From Octopus bimaculoides (Eukaryota), in NCBI RefSeq assembly GCF_001194135.2, contig NC_068984.1, positions 54,696,932 through 54,760,931 of the forward strand: a stretch of DNA of 64,000 nt, written 5' to 3'. Position numbers and translations under genes: made by a program. Shown here one piece after another: positions 62,061-64,000 of the stretch (its first letter is position 1; each line of letters begins with the position of its first letter). The notes below the pieces were generated by a model that was not told where the DNA came from, made no database searches, and saw only the letters and a list, made by a program, of their open reading frames with translations.

Positions 62061-62239
62061 ATGAAAGGCGCCTATGCCTCAAGAATGCTTTCTGTCTGAA
62101 ATAAGTAGAAAATTATCTAAGAGCATACATCAATTATTAAATATATCGAAATTCACCTAAAATATAATTAAAATACTATAAATTTGCGTTTCAAAACACA
62201 ACACTTAGAGCGGCAATTATAGTAATAACAATAATAATA

Positions 62240-64000
62240 ACAATAATAATTATCTTTCCTTTATTGCCCACACAGGCCGAACACACAAAACAAAAAAGGA
62301 CAGTACAAAACAAAGGGCGAGTGGATCTTAGCCCAAAATACGTGTATGTAATAAAAATACAATTAACAACAAAATATAAGCAATATAATTCTCCAAATGT
62401 GGGAGGAGTTCCACGTAGGGTCAACAAGCAACTTCACACATGCTGGTCACCCCAACGGCCAAGGGTATCTCAGGCAAGCACCTCTCTTCTCCTCAAGCCT
62501 TCCGGCTTGCAAGCATATGTTCAGAGTAGGCCTTTTCATTTCCACCCACCACGTTCACCCACCTTTTAACAAAAATAATGGGGAGCAGCACTTTCCTCCT
62601 CATCCTGACTTTCCTTTTCAAGTGGAACTTGAAAAAGTCGCTGAGGGCTTGGCTGAAGAGGAAAGTATCTGCATTTAGTCTTTTCAACTTCATCCACCAC
62701 ACTATCTATTTCACCATATCCACCAAGAACGAGAAAACTGTCTGATCTTCCTGGCCAAAAGAAACTAGAGGGGCGATTCTCATGATGAACTTGGCTGATA
62801 ACCAGATGCATCCTACACGCATCAACAGGTGTTCGACAAAGCTCCACAACTCAACAATTCCTGGACACTGGGAGGTTTTATCACTCTGCGTACATCTTGG
62901 ACAGGTTCGTCTGACAGCACGTCCGTGCCTGTAGAGCTGATCACGGACCGGCAGAGCCTGCCGGTAGCACTGACAGGCTAAGGATTTCTGGAAATTCTGT
63001 AGACCCCGCCTGAAAGTCTTCCGAAAAAGACCAGCTAATTGATCTCAGTGCATGTTTGCGTATCATTACCCACGGCATGTCAGGTCCTCGACAAGCGGAA
63101 CACGTTCCTTCTACAAAAAGCTGAAGAGCAAGCGCTCCAGCTTGCTCAGTCACGGATCAGGACAAGAGATGACGGTCAGACGGTAGTAGAAGGCGGAAGC
63201 GATTTACGCTTCAGGGACAGCTTCTTCTCTACCCATTTCTGGATGAGACTAGCCACTTTATTCGTCACCTATCCTAGTTCTTGTCCATCTGAAAGTCTGG
63301 ACCAAACCCAGAGCATTTTAACTGGTCTTTCCTACTAACGTCTTACGACGTTATTGAACAACACGGACCTGTCTCGTCAGGTGATGAGCATTAGGCTCAC
63401 CGATTTCTAATCGTTGTTCACTGATGGTTAAGCTGCTGTGGCTTCTGTGGACCTGGCTTTGGCAGTATGAGTGTCCTAGGGTTCCCTATCTTCTGCTGAG
63501 GGCAAATAACTCTCAAGTTACCATTCTCGCCACAGAGATGGCACCGAGGCTTTTTATTCTCAACGATAACATGTAACTCTTCCCCTCCTGGAAGGCAAAT
63601 GAGGTCTAGGATAATGTGGTTCGTCTGTGGTTGATGTGGAGTAGTACCTCCACATTGATCCCAAAACCAATTTTCTCGACATGTTCGCTTGACATGCAGG
63701 AGGTTGCTACTCCCAATAAGATGTACGTTAAAATCCAACATATATTTCTTTAAGCGCTCTTTCCACCTCTGTCTGACTAGCAGTCCCTGGTAATTCTGTG
63801 TTTATGGAAACATATTTTACCGTCAACCTGTGAATTTTCGAGCTTGGTCGCTTGGGCCAAATATATGACCTATTGTAAGGTATCCATTTTATATAGTTCA
63901 ATGCCTTTAGCAGCCGTTGCTGCAAATATATTGTTGTTGTTGTAGATATTATTGTTATTCTCGTTGGAAATATTGCTACCATTAGTGTTGCCGAGGGTAC
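62240..64000 (-). mobile_element. Tx1/L1-like LINE, ORF1 joined to ORF2 C-terminus (EN and most of RT deleted)
   Basis: ORF1 zinc knuckle CHLCGENGNLRVIC. Post-RT segment VTNKVASLIQKWVEKKLSLK..LERLLF..MPW..RKHALR; TCPRC finger; FKFHLKRKVR..FVKRWV. Tail ..GGGCAATAAAGGAAAGATAATTATT. Confidence 0.75.

Overview
Eukaryotic, AT-rich, repeat-dominated draft-genome DNA with about 12 N-gaps, most lying inside (TA)n/(CA)n/(GA)n/(AAT)n microsatellites. The SINE families look like those of octopod cephalopods, probably Octopus; this is inferred from recalled repeat consensus, not from a search. Nearly all ORFs in the supplied track are microsatellite or gap artefacts or transposon debris. Recognisable content: (i) at least four tRNA-derived SINE families in many copies; (ii) decayed Penelope-like elements (RT plus GIY-YIG) of two types; (iii) HERO-like and R4/Dong-like non-LTR elements with restriction-like endonuclease, a Tx1/L1-like element and an RTE-like remnant; (iv) mariner, maT/Tc1, Chapaev-like and pogo-like DNA transposon remnants, plus three long fold-back (MITE-like) elements. 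No rRNA, true tRNA gene or CRISPR array was seen. The main highlights are: a tRNA-headed SINE carrying a minimal type I hammerhead ribozyme (3 copies; two form a head-to-head inverted dimer with a 556-bp insertion in the internal AAT tract); a hand-assembled 4-5 exon candidate gene (22.0-30.8 kb, +) for a small six-cysteine, probably secreted protein missed by the ORF track; and a highly structured 279-bp-period repeat with hammerhead core words next to a Penelope element. Repeat boundaries are approximate (about +/-20-50 bp) unless a terminus is quoted.
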